Part shown: positions 29,679-38,392 of the stretch, one piece after another | Numbering within the stretch: position 1 is the first letter of the stretch | How the letters are laid out: the number at the start of each line of letters is the position of its first letter | IMG/VR virus record: IMGVR_UViG_3300032245_001746 | Coordinates: 1-64,000 of that record | Direction: 5' to 3' (one strand) | DNA: 64,000 nucleotides | Notes under the pieces: model-generated | Seen by the model: only the letters and a program-made list of their open reading frames with translations | Told to the model about the DNA's origin: nothing | Databases searched by the model: none | Program-made: the position numbers and the translations under genes

Positions 29679-30043
29679 TGGATACGGCGAGAGTTGAACT
29701 CGCGTCTAACATAAAATAACTGAAAAAATACTACATGTTTATTCAATTTTTAATTTAATTAAAATTTAATTAATTGACAAAATAAAATTTTAACGATCAA
29801 ATTTAAAATAAACTTGAAAATTTCAACTAATCTTAACTTAAATCTCGTTGAATAATTTAAGTGCAATCAAATTTTACGAAAGATTTTTTGACGCTATTGA
29901 TTTCGCTTCTCAAATCTTGACTGACTAAGCAGCCAAACGAACAGTTTCGCCATTTACGGCTTGATCAATTTTTAAGTAGCCATTGATCAACTACTACATG
30001 CGTTTTGCAATTAATATTATGATATCGAATGCCCAACGTACCC
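29679..30043 (-). ncRNA. ssrA: tmRNA (365 nt), tag peptide (A)GETVRLAA
   Basis: 5' GGGTACG pairs with 3' CGTATCC-A (G3-U wobble); T-arm GCGAG-TTCAACT-CTCGC; PK1-like GTAG/CTAC and TTGATCAA pairing; tag ORF 29951-29925 ending GCT GCT TAG. Confidence 0.93.
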
Positions 30044-30162
30044 ATAATTATAACACAACACTATATATTACCATCATTTGATTTCTTGTAAAGCTATTTT
30101 TACAATTATCAACAAAAAAACAAGTCAAATTTACCAAAGATGGAACTTTTTAAAACAATATA

Positions 30163-30660
30163 TTAATATCTGGAATAATCGTACGCTTTAAATTTTCCAC
30201 TTTTAGTTGAACCAACTTGACAACAATCATATTCATTAGCCCAATCTGGCAGATCTTTGTAAGGATGATCTATATTCAATTTTTCCATGATAATAATTGG
30301 AATTCTTGTTTTATTTAAAAAAAACATTTTGCAATTTGCATGTTGCATATTATTTCTTGAATTATATTCATCTTCATTTGAAGCCATTCCTGTTTCACAA
30401 CTTGGAACTTTAATCACAACATTTCTGTTCTTATTGATAAAAGTACACCTGTGTCTGCCGCATTCTGGATATTTGCCAAATCCAAATTTCATTAAAAACT
30501 CTGTACACTTTGGAAGAAAAACATTTTGCCAAAAACCTTGATCTTCAAATTTATATTTAGAATAAATTCCATTATTTAATTCATTAAATAAAAATTCATC
30601 TAACTCTTGAATTGAATTTGCTAACGATTCATTAATCATATATAAACTAAAATTTAACAT
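30163..30660 (-). CDS. Minimal protein-kinase-fold protein with capsid-targeting-like N-terminus
   Basis: GRHRCTF...VIKVP...NEDE...IIME...DCCQVG...AYDY; start MLNFSLYMINES. Confidence 0.5.
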   Translation of the reverse strand: MLNFSLYMINESLANSIQELDEFLFNELNNGIYSKYKFEDQGFWQNVFLPKCTEFLMKFGFGKYPECGRHRCTFINKNRNVVIKVPSCETGMASNEDEYNSRNNMQHANCKMFFLNKTRIPIIIMEKLNIDHPYKDLPDWANEYDCCQVGSTKSGKFKAYDYSRY

Positions 30661-30771
30661 AATTATAATTATATATTCAAACAAACAAAATCATTAAATA
30701 AAATATAGAAAAATTCAAAGCAATTTAAAATTTTATAAAGATTAAACATAAATATAAAAAAGGAGTTTTTT

Positions 30772-30942
30772 ATGAAAATAAATAATAATAACAAAAAATT
30801 ATTAGGTGTATGTTCTGGAATTGCTAATTCCTTTAATGTTGACCCAATAATTACTAGAATTATTTTTTTAATAAGCATGTTTTTATCATTTGGAACAGCT
30901 TCACTAGTTTATTTAATTTTATGGATTTTAATGGAAAAATAA
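30772..30942 (+). CDS. pspC: PspC-domain membrane protein (56 aa, missed by ORF track)
   Basis: KKLLGVCSGIANSFNVDPIITRIIF...YLILWILM; SD AAGGAG; CATAAATA upstream. Confidence 0.9.
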   Translation: MKINNNNKKLLGVCSGIANSFNVDPIITRIIFLISMFLSFGTASLVYLILWILMEK

Positions 30943-30958
30943 CCCAATAAAGGAAAAT

Positions 30959-31909
30959 ATGTTTAAAAAATTTAAATCTTTCTTAGAAGAAAAAGAAAAA
31001 TCATTAGTTGGTGATGTAAAAACAAAATTGGTCGCAGATTACGAAGGACCAGAAGAAAAATATCCACCATCAAATGGCAAAAAAGAAAAAGTAGCACCAT
31101 ATAAAACTCCAACATCAAGTGTTGATCCTAATAAAAAAGAAAAAGGATTAGCTGATTTAGGAGATGGCGATTTAGTGTATGAACCAGATATTCATGGAGA
31201 AAAAGAAAAAAACTTAGGTAATTATCCTAAATCTAAAAATGAAGCATTCATTGAAAAAACTTCAAAACTAGACAATAAAACATTTATTGAAATGATGCTT
31301 AAAAAGAATAAAAAAAATAAAAGTTTAATGGAAGGTCCAAAAAATCCAAACAACAAATTTGAAGTAATTAAATTCGTTGCAGACCTTGCAGCTAAAGATA
31401 AAACATGTGTTGAAAACTTTATTCATGATTCTAAAAGAAGCGGATCTTTAAAAGGTTTACTTGAATATGCATTAAATTTAACAGAAACATATGAAATATT
31501 AGCTGAATTATTTCAAGATAAAACACAAGGAAACTCCAGATTTAATCGATTAGAAAGAGCTTTAGAACAAGTTGGATTGCCACAACATAAATCATCAGAT
31601 TTAGAACTTAACAAAAAATCAAGTATGGATGACATGGACGACGATGATATGTCTCCAGATGATGATATGGATGGTATGGACATGGATGATGAAGATATGG
31701 ACGACGATATGTCATCAGATGAAGACATGGATGATATGGATATGGATGATGAAGATATGGACGACGATATGTCATCAGATGAAGATATGGATGATATGGA
31801 CATGGATGATGATATGTCACCAGATAAACATCCAAATAAAATGAAATCACATGATGATATGGGAGTTGGAATGCTTAAAAAGAATCCTTTTTCTAAAGGA
31901 TTTAAATAA
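30959..31909 (+). CDS. Putative internal head protein with Asp/Met-rich repeats
   Basis: MFKKFKSFLEE N-terminus; MDDEDMDDDMSSDED repeats. Confidence 0.65.
   Translation: MFKKFKSFLEEKEKSLVGDVKTKLVADYEGPEEKYPPSNGKKEKVAPYKTPTSSVDPNKKEKGLADLGDGDLVYEPDIHGEKEKNLGNYPKSKNEAFIEKTSKLDNKTFIEMMLKKNKKNKSLMEGPKNPNNKFEVIKFVADLAAKDKTCVENFIHDSKRSGSLKGLLEYALNLTETYEILAELFQDKTQGNSRFNRLERALEQVGLPQHKSSDLELNKKSSMDDMDDDDMSPDDDMDGMDMDDEDMDDDMSSDEDMDDMDMDDEDMDDDMSSDEDMDDMDMDDDMSPDKHPNKMKSHDDMGVGMLKKNPFSKGFK
31625..31822 (+). repeat. 60-bp tandem repeat (~3 copies) encoding D/M-rich 20-mer
   Basis: atggatgatgaagatatggacgacgatatgtcatcagatgaaga... at 60-nt period. Confidence 0.9.
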
Positions 31910-32780
31910 TTTTTCTTAATTCATATCTAATAAATGGTCCAGATCTACTGCCTTCTCTTGGAGAAGACAAGGTATACAAATTATTATAAGATCCATTATC
32001 ATCTTTTAAAGGAATATATTTATAAACAAAGTCTAAGGTGCCTGCCTTAGACTTTGTTGGCGTTAACATCCAAGCGTGTTTTATTTCTTTGGAACTTAAT
32101 TTACCAATATGTGCAAATTCTGAGAAAGGAATTGCATCTGGCATATCTTGATGACTTTTCACATTATCTCTTGATATTGCAATTACAATAGAAGGTTTTT
32201 TAATAGATGTTTGAAATTGCATTGGAGCAAAACCATTAGCATAATATTCTGCTGTTTCTGCAGAGCCATAGAAAGTTAAATCATTTTGAATATCTCCCAA
32301 ATTATAATCATTTCTGCTTTGAATAAATCCATTTTTTCTTATGAATTGCCATTCTTCATAAGACATTCCTCGATAAACCAAATTTGGATCTTGTGGAATT
32401 TCTTTAACAGCATCTTTTGGAGATTTATGCAAATAATAACCTGTTTTACCGCCATTGTGTTTTAAATCTAAATGATAAAAATCCCCATTTGGATCAGCCA
32501 TTTCTGGCTTTCTAAATAACTTTGGTTTATTTTGAAAAGAAAAAATAATTTCACTATATCCAGAATGTATTTTCTTCAAAAAAATATCATATCTGTCTCT
32601 AAAATTAGTAAATTCATTTCCATAATATTGGTGAAAAGATTTTCTAACAAATTGTTTTAATTCATCTGAATTAACATTTTTAACAGGTCTCATTCCTGGA
32701 CCTACAACTAAAGGAAATTCTTTTATATCATTATTAATGTAAATAGATTCAGAAAATAACCAATCTTTAAAATTAAACAT
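31902..32780 (-). CDS. Putative ADP-ribosyltransferase-fold protein with capsid-targeting-like N-terminus
   Basis: VYRGMS, LTFY...AEYYA, SEF; MFNFKDWLFSES. Confidence 0.45.
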   Translation of the reverse strand: MFNFKDWLFSESIYINNDIKEFPLVVGPGMRPVKNVNSDELKQFVRKSFHQYYGNEFTNFRDRYDIFLKKIHSGYSEIIFSFQNKPKLFRKPEMADPNGDFYHLDLKHNGGKTGYYLHKSPKDAVKEIPQDPNLVYRGMSYEEWQFIRKNGFIQSRNDYNLGDIQNDLTFYGSAETAEYYANGFAPMQFQTSIKKPSIVIAISRDNVKSHQDMPDAIPFSEFAHIGKLSSKEIKHAWMLTPTKSKAGTLDFVYKYIPLKDDNGSYNNLYTLSSPREGSRSGPFIRYELRKII

Positions 32781-32784
32781 ACAA

Positions 32785-33057
32785 TTATTTATGTTTAATT
32801 AATTTGTTTAATTTGATATTTTCATCAAAATAAATAGTAATTGATCCTTTATATTTAGTCTCATATGGAGCACCTTCAAAACGCTCTAGATGAACTACAT
32901 TATCAAATTCATCTGTAATATAAAAACCATAAAACAAAAAACTTGAATAAAAAACAAATTTATTTTTTCCAAATTTCAATTTATTACAAAAACTATATGG
33001 ATTATTAATATCAGAATAAAGATTAATTTTATAATTTTGGTTCATGAAAATGGACAC
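32785..33057 (-). CDS. Hypothetical protein
   Basis: 90-aa ORF. Confidence 0.5.
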   Translation of the reverse strand: MSIFMNQNYKINLYSDINNPYSFCNKLKFGKNKFVFYSSFLFYGFYITDEFDNVVHLERFEGAPYETKYKGSITIYFDENIKLNKLIKHK

Positions 33058-35666
33058 TCCTCTGTTGATCCATTTTTTATAATATCAATATTTGCACTAA
33101 GTTTTTTAATTGGATCTGAAGAAAATCTAATTTTCATAGATTTACCACCACGTGCAGGACTTAAAAATCTAGAAAACAATAAATCATGTTTTATAGGATC
33201 AACATCAATTAAACCTAAAGCATAAGCTACTAAACTACCTCCAATAGAATTATGTACTAAAAAACTACTAGTTAAATAATTATGATTATCCTCTATTTCT
33301 AGATCATAAACAAATTTTGGACCTTTAATCTCTTTAATAGATTTAATTCTCAACATCAAACCATCTTTTGTTGATCTCCACACATATTTTTTATTACAAT
33401 TTTTTGAACATCCTATTCTAACATCTAATGGACAATATAGAACATATGATGGAGAAATATTTTTATAATCTTCTCTCAAATCTGTTCTTGTATATTTTTT
33501 AATAGAACATGGCAAACCTATTCTTAATAATAAAAATCTAATTTGCTCTGCTAGTTTATATGAAACAGTTTCAAATTTTGCTTTACCCTCATCTTCATAG
33601 CCATCTGCTAAAAAATATCCACGTAAATATGATTCCACAATGGATACGGGTGCATTTAATATGCAATCAGGAACATATTTACTGTGAGATGTATGTTCAT
33701 ATTCTGGATGTAGTTCGTCAAACAATTTCCTCAAATAAGGAGAGGAAAAAATTGTTTGTATTAAACTTTTATTTTTAGATAAATATTCTTTACAATTAAA
33801 ATTGTAATTTTTCATTAATGAACAAACTTCATTTATGTGTTTTCTAATTAGAGAATTATCACAAAATCCAACCTTTAAAGATCCATCAGAATTAGTCCAA
33901 CCATCACCAACAAAAACTCCCAATATAAATGCCCAATCTTCATTAAGACTCCAAATTCTATTATTTTTTATAGAAGTTTTTCCACCTTTGGAATTAAAAG
34001 TACTTACAACAAAGTTATCATCAAATGATAATTCGCTACCATTTTTAGATTTTCCTTTTGAAAATTTTGATAAATCCACCGTGTAATTTTCAACAACCTC
34101 TACTTTAGGAAAAGGCACAAAACACCAATCTCCAACAGACAATTCCTGTGCTTGAAACCAATCCAAATCTTGAGTAGGTTCTATCCAACATTTTCTAGAT
34201 TTTTTTGTAGAGTCAGACCATTTATCCCAATTTTTGGGTCTTTTTGATTTTTCAGCATATATTTTATGGTCTAAAGTTAACGTAACGCCAACTTCATCTC
34301 CATAATATGTCCTGATTTTTCTAACATTTTCATTAAATGGATACTTCATTGTTTTTAAAACTTTTTTAACAGTTCCATCAACAGTCCATATTTTATCACC
34401 AACTTTAATATTTTTTAATATATTTGTACTTCCATTTTTTAAACGAATTGGAGTATTATGTTTCAAACAGCCCCTGCCTGGTCCGACAGCCTCTGAGCCA
34501 TCGCCCCATCCTAATATTAGTGGAGAAACTCTTCTAGCTTCATCAGTAATCATTTTTTGAACTAAAAAGTAAGAACAAAAACCTTTTTCTTTAATCAACT
34601 CATATTCTTCTTTAATTCTATTGAAGTACTGTTTAGTTTTTGGTATTTTTTTAAATTCAAAACCTTGTTTTATTGCATCTAACAACTTCTGATCATCGTT
34701 TTCAAATGATGGAAATTTAATTGTTCTATCTATTTGAAATTCAACGCCTTTTGCCAATTCACAAATTTTAACAGTATTTTGTTTTGCTTGTTTAAAGATA
34801 TCATAATCCATTACGTCTTGATAATCAGACAACCATTTTTCATTTATTTCTTCTTCAGATTTCATCCAAAGATTTTGATCTTGTATTTCAAATACATCTC
34901 CATCTTCAACAAGTTTTTGTTCAACTTGTTTCATTGTTTTACCCATTTGCATCATCATCATGATAGACTGCATTTTCATATCTTCTTTAAGACAGACGTG
35001 ACAATCATTTGTAATGATAAGTGGTAAACCATATCTTTCTGCTGCTTTCATAATAAAAACATCATATGGTTTTTGTTTTTTAAAATCCAACAACATCATT
35101 TCCAAATAAAATTTATCGTGAAACATATTTTTGTATATTTCAACCATTTTAAATCCAGCTTCTTCGCCACCTTTATCGAAAGCTTGTCCTATTTCGCTAT
35201 TATAGCAACATGATGTAAATATAATTCCTTCTTTGTGTTCTACCAATTGTTGTCTATTAACTCTCGGTTTATAATAAAATCCTTTTTTATATCCAAGAGT
35301 AGATAATTTTACTAAATTTGAATAACCTGTAACGTTGTAAGCAATACCTAATAAATGATATGATTTTTTAAAAAATGGTTTTTGATCTTCAGACATATCT
35401 TTATAAAACAAAGAACTTTCACCATGTTTTAATTCTGTTTGAAGCGGATTAACATATAATTCACAAGCAAAAATTGGACTAATTTTATTATCTTCACATG
35501 TTTTAATTTGTCTTGGGACTGCACCCATAACACCATGATCTGAAATAGTTAAAAATTTTTGATTAATTTGCTTTGCTCTTGCTGCATATTCGTCTGGCAA
35601 GCCATAACCATCAAGAAGACTAAAATGACTATGTAAATGTAAATGTTCAAAACCAGTTATTTCCAC
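33042..35666 (-). CDS. dnaE: DNA polymerase III alpha, N-terminal PHP + partial palm subunit of split DnaE (intein-containing)
   Basis: HLHSHFSLLDG, SDHG, KPR, NDCH; GPGRG/S, GSLVAYALG, LLFSRFLSPAR; ends before PDID. Confidence 0.93.
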   Translation of the reverse strand: MEITGFEHLHLHSHFSLLDGYGLPDEYAARAKQINQKFLTISDHGVMGAVPRQIKTCEDNKISPIFACELYVNPLQTELKHGESSLFYKDMSEDQKPFFKKSYHLLGIAYNVTGYSNLVKLSTLGYKKGFYYKPRVNRQQLVEHKEGIIFTSCCYNSEIGQAFDKGGEEAGFKMVEIYKNMFHDKFYLEMMLLDFKKQKPYDVFIMKAAERYGLPLIITNDCHVCLKEDMKMQSIMMMMQMGKTMKQVEQKLVEDGDVFEIQDQNLWMKSEEEINEKWLSDYQDVMDYDIFKQAKQNTVKICELAKGVEFQIDRTIKFPSFENDDQKLLDAIKQGFEFKKIPKTKQYFNRIKEEYELIKEKGFCSYFLVQKMITDEARRVSPLILGWGDGSEAVGPGRGCLKHNTPIRLKNGSTNILKNIKVGDKIWTVDGTVKKVLKTMKYPFNENVRKIRTYYGDEVGVTLTLDHKIYAEKSKRPKNWDKWSDSTKKSRKCWIEPTQDLDWFQAQELSVGDWCFVPFPKVEVVENYTVDLSKFSKGKSKNGSELSFDDNFVVSTFNSKGGKTSIKNNRIWSLNEDWAFILGVFVGDGWTNSDGSLKVGFCDNSLIRKHINEVCSLMKNYNFNCKEYLSKNKSLIQTIFSSPYLRKLFDELHPEYEHTSHSKYVPDCILNAPVSIVESYLRGYFLADGYEDEGKAKFETVSYKLAEQIRFLLLRIGLPCSIKKYTRTDLREDYKNISPSYVLYCPLDVRIGCSKNCNKKYVWRSTKDGLMLRIKSIKEIKGPKFVYDLEIEDNHNYLTSSFLVHNSIGGSLVAYALGLIDVDPIKHDLLFSRFLSPARGGKSMKIRFSSDPIKKLSANIDIIKNGSTEECPFS
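33249..34469 (-). mobile_element. LAGLIDADG intein in DnaE-N (407 aa)
   Basis: GRG|CLKH...TLDH...VYDLEI...VHN|S; GVFVGDG and RGYFLADG. Confidence 0.92.
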
Positions 35667-35685
35667 TTTGTTCTTTCTTTAAAAA

Positions 35686-35874
35686 TCATTTAACAGAATT
35701 AAATTCTACCGTCAAATCCTTCGCCTTTGAATCTAGTTCTTCAAGTTCTTTTTTCAAATTTTTCATATATTCTTGTGCTTCTTCTTGTTTTTGTTTTTTA
35801 ATTAAAAATATTTCTTCAATTTTTTTAGAATAAACCAAAAACTCATTTGACAAAACTTTATTAATATCTAACAT
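35686..35874 (-). CDS. Small coiled-coil protein
   Basis: 62-aa ORF between clpP and dnaE-N. Confidence 0.55.
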   Translation of the reverse strand: MLDINKVLSNEFLVYSKKIEEIFLIKKQKQEEAQEYMKNLKKELEELDSKAKDLTVEFNSVK

Positions 35875-35883
35875 AAAAACCTT

Positions 35884-36579
35884 TCATAAATCAATATTGT
35901 ATTTTTCTACAGCCATAACTTCTTCAAAAGTATTATAATTATCGACTCCAAGTATAGCATCACACAATCCATATTCTTGAGCATCTTGTGATGTCATGTA
36001 CCAATCTGATTTTTCTCTAAGTTTTCGATCAAAGAAAGATTTAATCTTTCCTTCTGACATCTTTCTGTCAACAAAATATTGACCAACCTTAGCTCGTTTA
36101 GCAAAAATTTCAATCATTCTTTTTTTCAAACATTCAACGGAATGATCAATTGATGATTTAGCAGCAGTTATAGAACCATAATGACCAGCATTTCCATAAT
36201 GCATCATAAATTCACAATCTTTCATCATAACTCTATAATCTGCTGATTGCAAAATCACACCACTCATAGAACTAGCTTGCGCATAAGATATTATTGTAAT
36301 AGGACATTTACAAAATCTGATTGAATTAAAAATTGCCATTCCATCAGCCCAATTGCCGCCTATTGAATGCATATGAACAAGAATAGGATTTGAATTTTGT
36401 CTTGATAAAATATTAAGATTTTTAATAAATGAAGTTGCCATCTTGTATTCAACACCAGCTTCATTTATTCCTTCTTCATATTCCAAACTATGAAGATAAA
36501 TTTCTCTGTTGTGGTAATTAATACCATATTGATGAATATCACTAACTAATTGAGCCAATTCTGTTCTTCTTCTTGACAT
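35884..36579 (-). CDS. clpP: ClpP-like serine protease
   Basis: MHSIGG, ASSMS (Ser), MMH (His), DWYMT..DA.EYGLCD (Asp). Confidence 0.88.
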   Translation of the reverse strand: MSRRRTELAQLVSDIHQYGINYHNREIYLHSLEYEEGINEAGVEYKMATSFIKNLNILSRQNSNPILVHMHSIGGNWADGMAIFNSIRFCKCPITIISYAQASSMSGVILQSADYRVMMKDCEFMMHYGNAGHYGSITAAKSSIDHSVECLKKRMIEIFAKRAKVGQYFVDRKMSEGKIKSFFDRKLREKSDWYMTSQDAQEYGLCDAILGVDNYNTFEEVMAVEKYNIDL

Positions 36580-36617
36580 AAAATTGCTACCTTTTTAATG
36601 ATATTTATCATTACAAA

Positions 36618-36788
36618 TTACAATAATTCAGCTTTTTTAATAGAAAAATCAACTACTTCTGAATCTTCATACTCTTTTTTTAAAATTATACCTAATTCAG
36701 ATAAAATAAAGGCTAATCTTTCTAAGGATTCAAAAATATCTTCATCTTTAAAAATAGTAATTTTTTTAATTTCTTTCATTTTCATCAT
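36618..36788 (-). CDS. Small hypothetical protein (56 aa, missed by ORF track)
   Basis: MMKMKEIKKITIFKDEDIFESLERLAFILSELGIILKKEYEDSEVVDFSIKKAELL fills the spoVR-clpP gap. Confidence 0.5.
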   Translation of the reverse strand: MMKMKEIKKITIFKDEDIFESLERLAFILSELGIILKKEYEDSEVVDFSIKKAELL

Positions 36789-38367
36789 ATTGCTCTCTAG
36801 TTAATAACTCAACAGATCCATCTTCAGAACCAAAACAAACATAAATTAACTCTTCACCAGATTTATTTTTAGTGGACAAATATACATTGTTTTTCCAAAA
36901 ATAATATAGAGATTGTAAAACTGGTTCTAAATAAGATTCATACAATTCTCGACCATCAAACTTGTGTTCTAAATAAAGATAACCTTTACCTTTATAATTT
37001 GGATCAACCAATTCAATTTCAGGAAGTCCTCCATTCATATATTTTAACATCAAACCTTTTTTAATATCCAAAAAATTTCTATCTTCTAATTTAACATCTC
37101 CATTTGGCTGTCTTTTCCAATTAAAAAATTCATGTTTTTCACAAAATTCAGGAGTGAAATATTTTAATATCGCTATAAAATCATTAGTTTCTTTTCTAAC
37201 TTCAAATATTTTTTCCTTACCTAAATTAAGATTTAAATCCCAATTTAATTTTTTATTTAAATCCGTACAATTTTCGTATTCAGGACCGAATCTGCCTTTA
37301 TTCCATCGTTCTTCTATATCTAGAAACAAACTAAATCCAAGTTTATAAGGATTAGTAGAATATTTTCCTCCCAATACGCCCATTTTATGTTTAGCGTATT
37401 CTATAATTGAATTTTTATTTTCTCCATGACCTAATGCTGCCAGACCTTCTTTGCACATTATGTGATAATCAATATATGAAGCCCATCCTTCATTCATCAT
37501 TTTAGTCGAACGTTGTGGAGCAAAATAAATACTTTCTTGATATAACATTGCAATAATATCTTGTTGCCAAGGTTTTAATGGAGCATTATCTCTTATAAAT
37601 GGCATTACATCTTTAGTAGGACTATCAAATATTTCTAATTCTTTAGCTAATTCTTCGCGATGAATTTCTTCATTTTGTTTATCAATCCAAGTTTTGTTGT
37701 TGATATAAGGTTCCATGTAATCATGTGTCTCATCTACATGAAGTCTTTTTGGATGTTTCCATTTTCTAACATCTTTAACAATATGTTCTTTTATAACCTT
37801 ACTGCTCCATGCTTTAGATGGATCAATTAATGTTGCAATTCTCAAACAATGATCTATAAACTCTGTTACTTTTTCTCTACCCCATCTTGAAGAATATTTT
37901 CTTATCCTTGTTCCATGATTAGCCAATTGATTAATCATATTCAATGAGGTTTTTTCAAAAAATACATTATTTTTGAAAAAATCATTATGACCTAAAGCAT
38001 GTGCAATAACTGTTACGTTATCTAAAATGGTATTAGAATTTAAACAATAAAGATAGCAAGGTGATGTGTTAATTACCATTTCATAAATTCTGTGAGCACC
38101 GTATTCATATCCCCTTTGCAATTCCTCATATTCCATTCCCCATTGCCAATGAGGATATCTAACTGGAAATCCACCATATGCCGCTACTTCTGATATTTCA
38201 TCATAACTAAGCATTTGAATAACAGTTGGATAAAAATCCAATCCAAAATCTTTACATTTTTGAAAAATAGTTGGAATCAATTTTTTTAAATCATCTGGTA
38301 TTTGAACTCCAGGAGTAGTGGAATCTCCTGGAAGCATTGATAGACCATGAAAAAATTTACTTGACAT
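36766..38367 (-). CDS. spoVR: SpoVR/YcgB family protein
   Basis: GFPVRYPHW, IYEMVIN, AHALGHNDFFKNN, YFAPQRSTKMMNEGWAS, NPYKLG. Confidence 0.95.
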   Translation of the reverse strand: MSSKFFHGLSMLPGDSTTPGVQIPDDLKKLIPTIFQKCKDFGLDFYPTVIQMLSYDEISEVAAYGGFPVRYPHWQWGMEYEELQRGYEYGAHRIYEMVINTSPCYLYCLNSNTILDNVTVIAHALGHNDFFKNNVFFEKTSLNMINQLANHGTRIRKYSSRWGREKVTEFIDHCLRIATLIDPSKAWSSKVIKEHIVKDVRKWKHPKRLHVDETHDYMEPYINNKTWIDKQNEEIHREELAKELEIFDSPTKDVMPFIRDNAPLKPWQQDIIAMLYQESIYFAPQRSTKMMNEGWASYIDYHIMCKEGLAALGHGENKNSIIEYAKHKMGVLGGKYSTNPYKLGFSLFLDIEERWNKGRFGPEYENCTDLNKKLNWDLNLNLGKEKIFEVRKETNDFIAILKYFTPEFCEKHEFFNWKRQPNGDVKLEDRNFLDIKKGLMLKYMNGGLPEIELVDPNYKGKGYLYLEHKFDGRELYESYLEPVLQSLYYFWKNNVYLSTKNKSGEELIYVCFGSEDGSVELLTREQYDENERN

Positions 38368-38392
38368 TATATTTATTTCCTTTTTATTTATA

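Noticed and set aside
29679-29710. tRNA gene
   Set aside because: The T-arm and acceptor half belong to the tmRNA; no anticodon arm
18627-35666. Trans-splicing split intein or pseudogenised dnaE
   Set aside because: No intein halves at the facing termini; both ORFs are long, intact and keep complementary motifs
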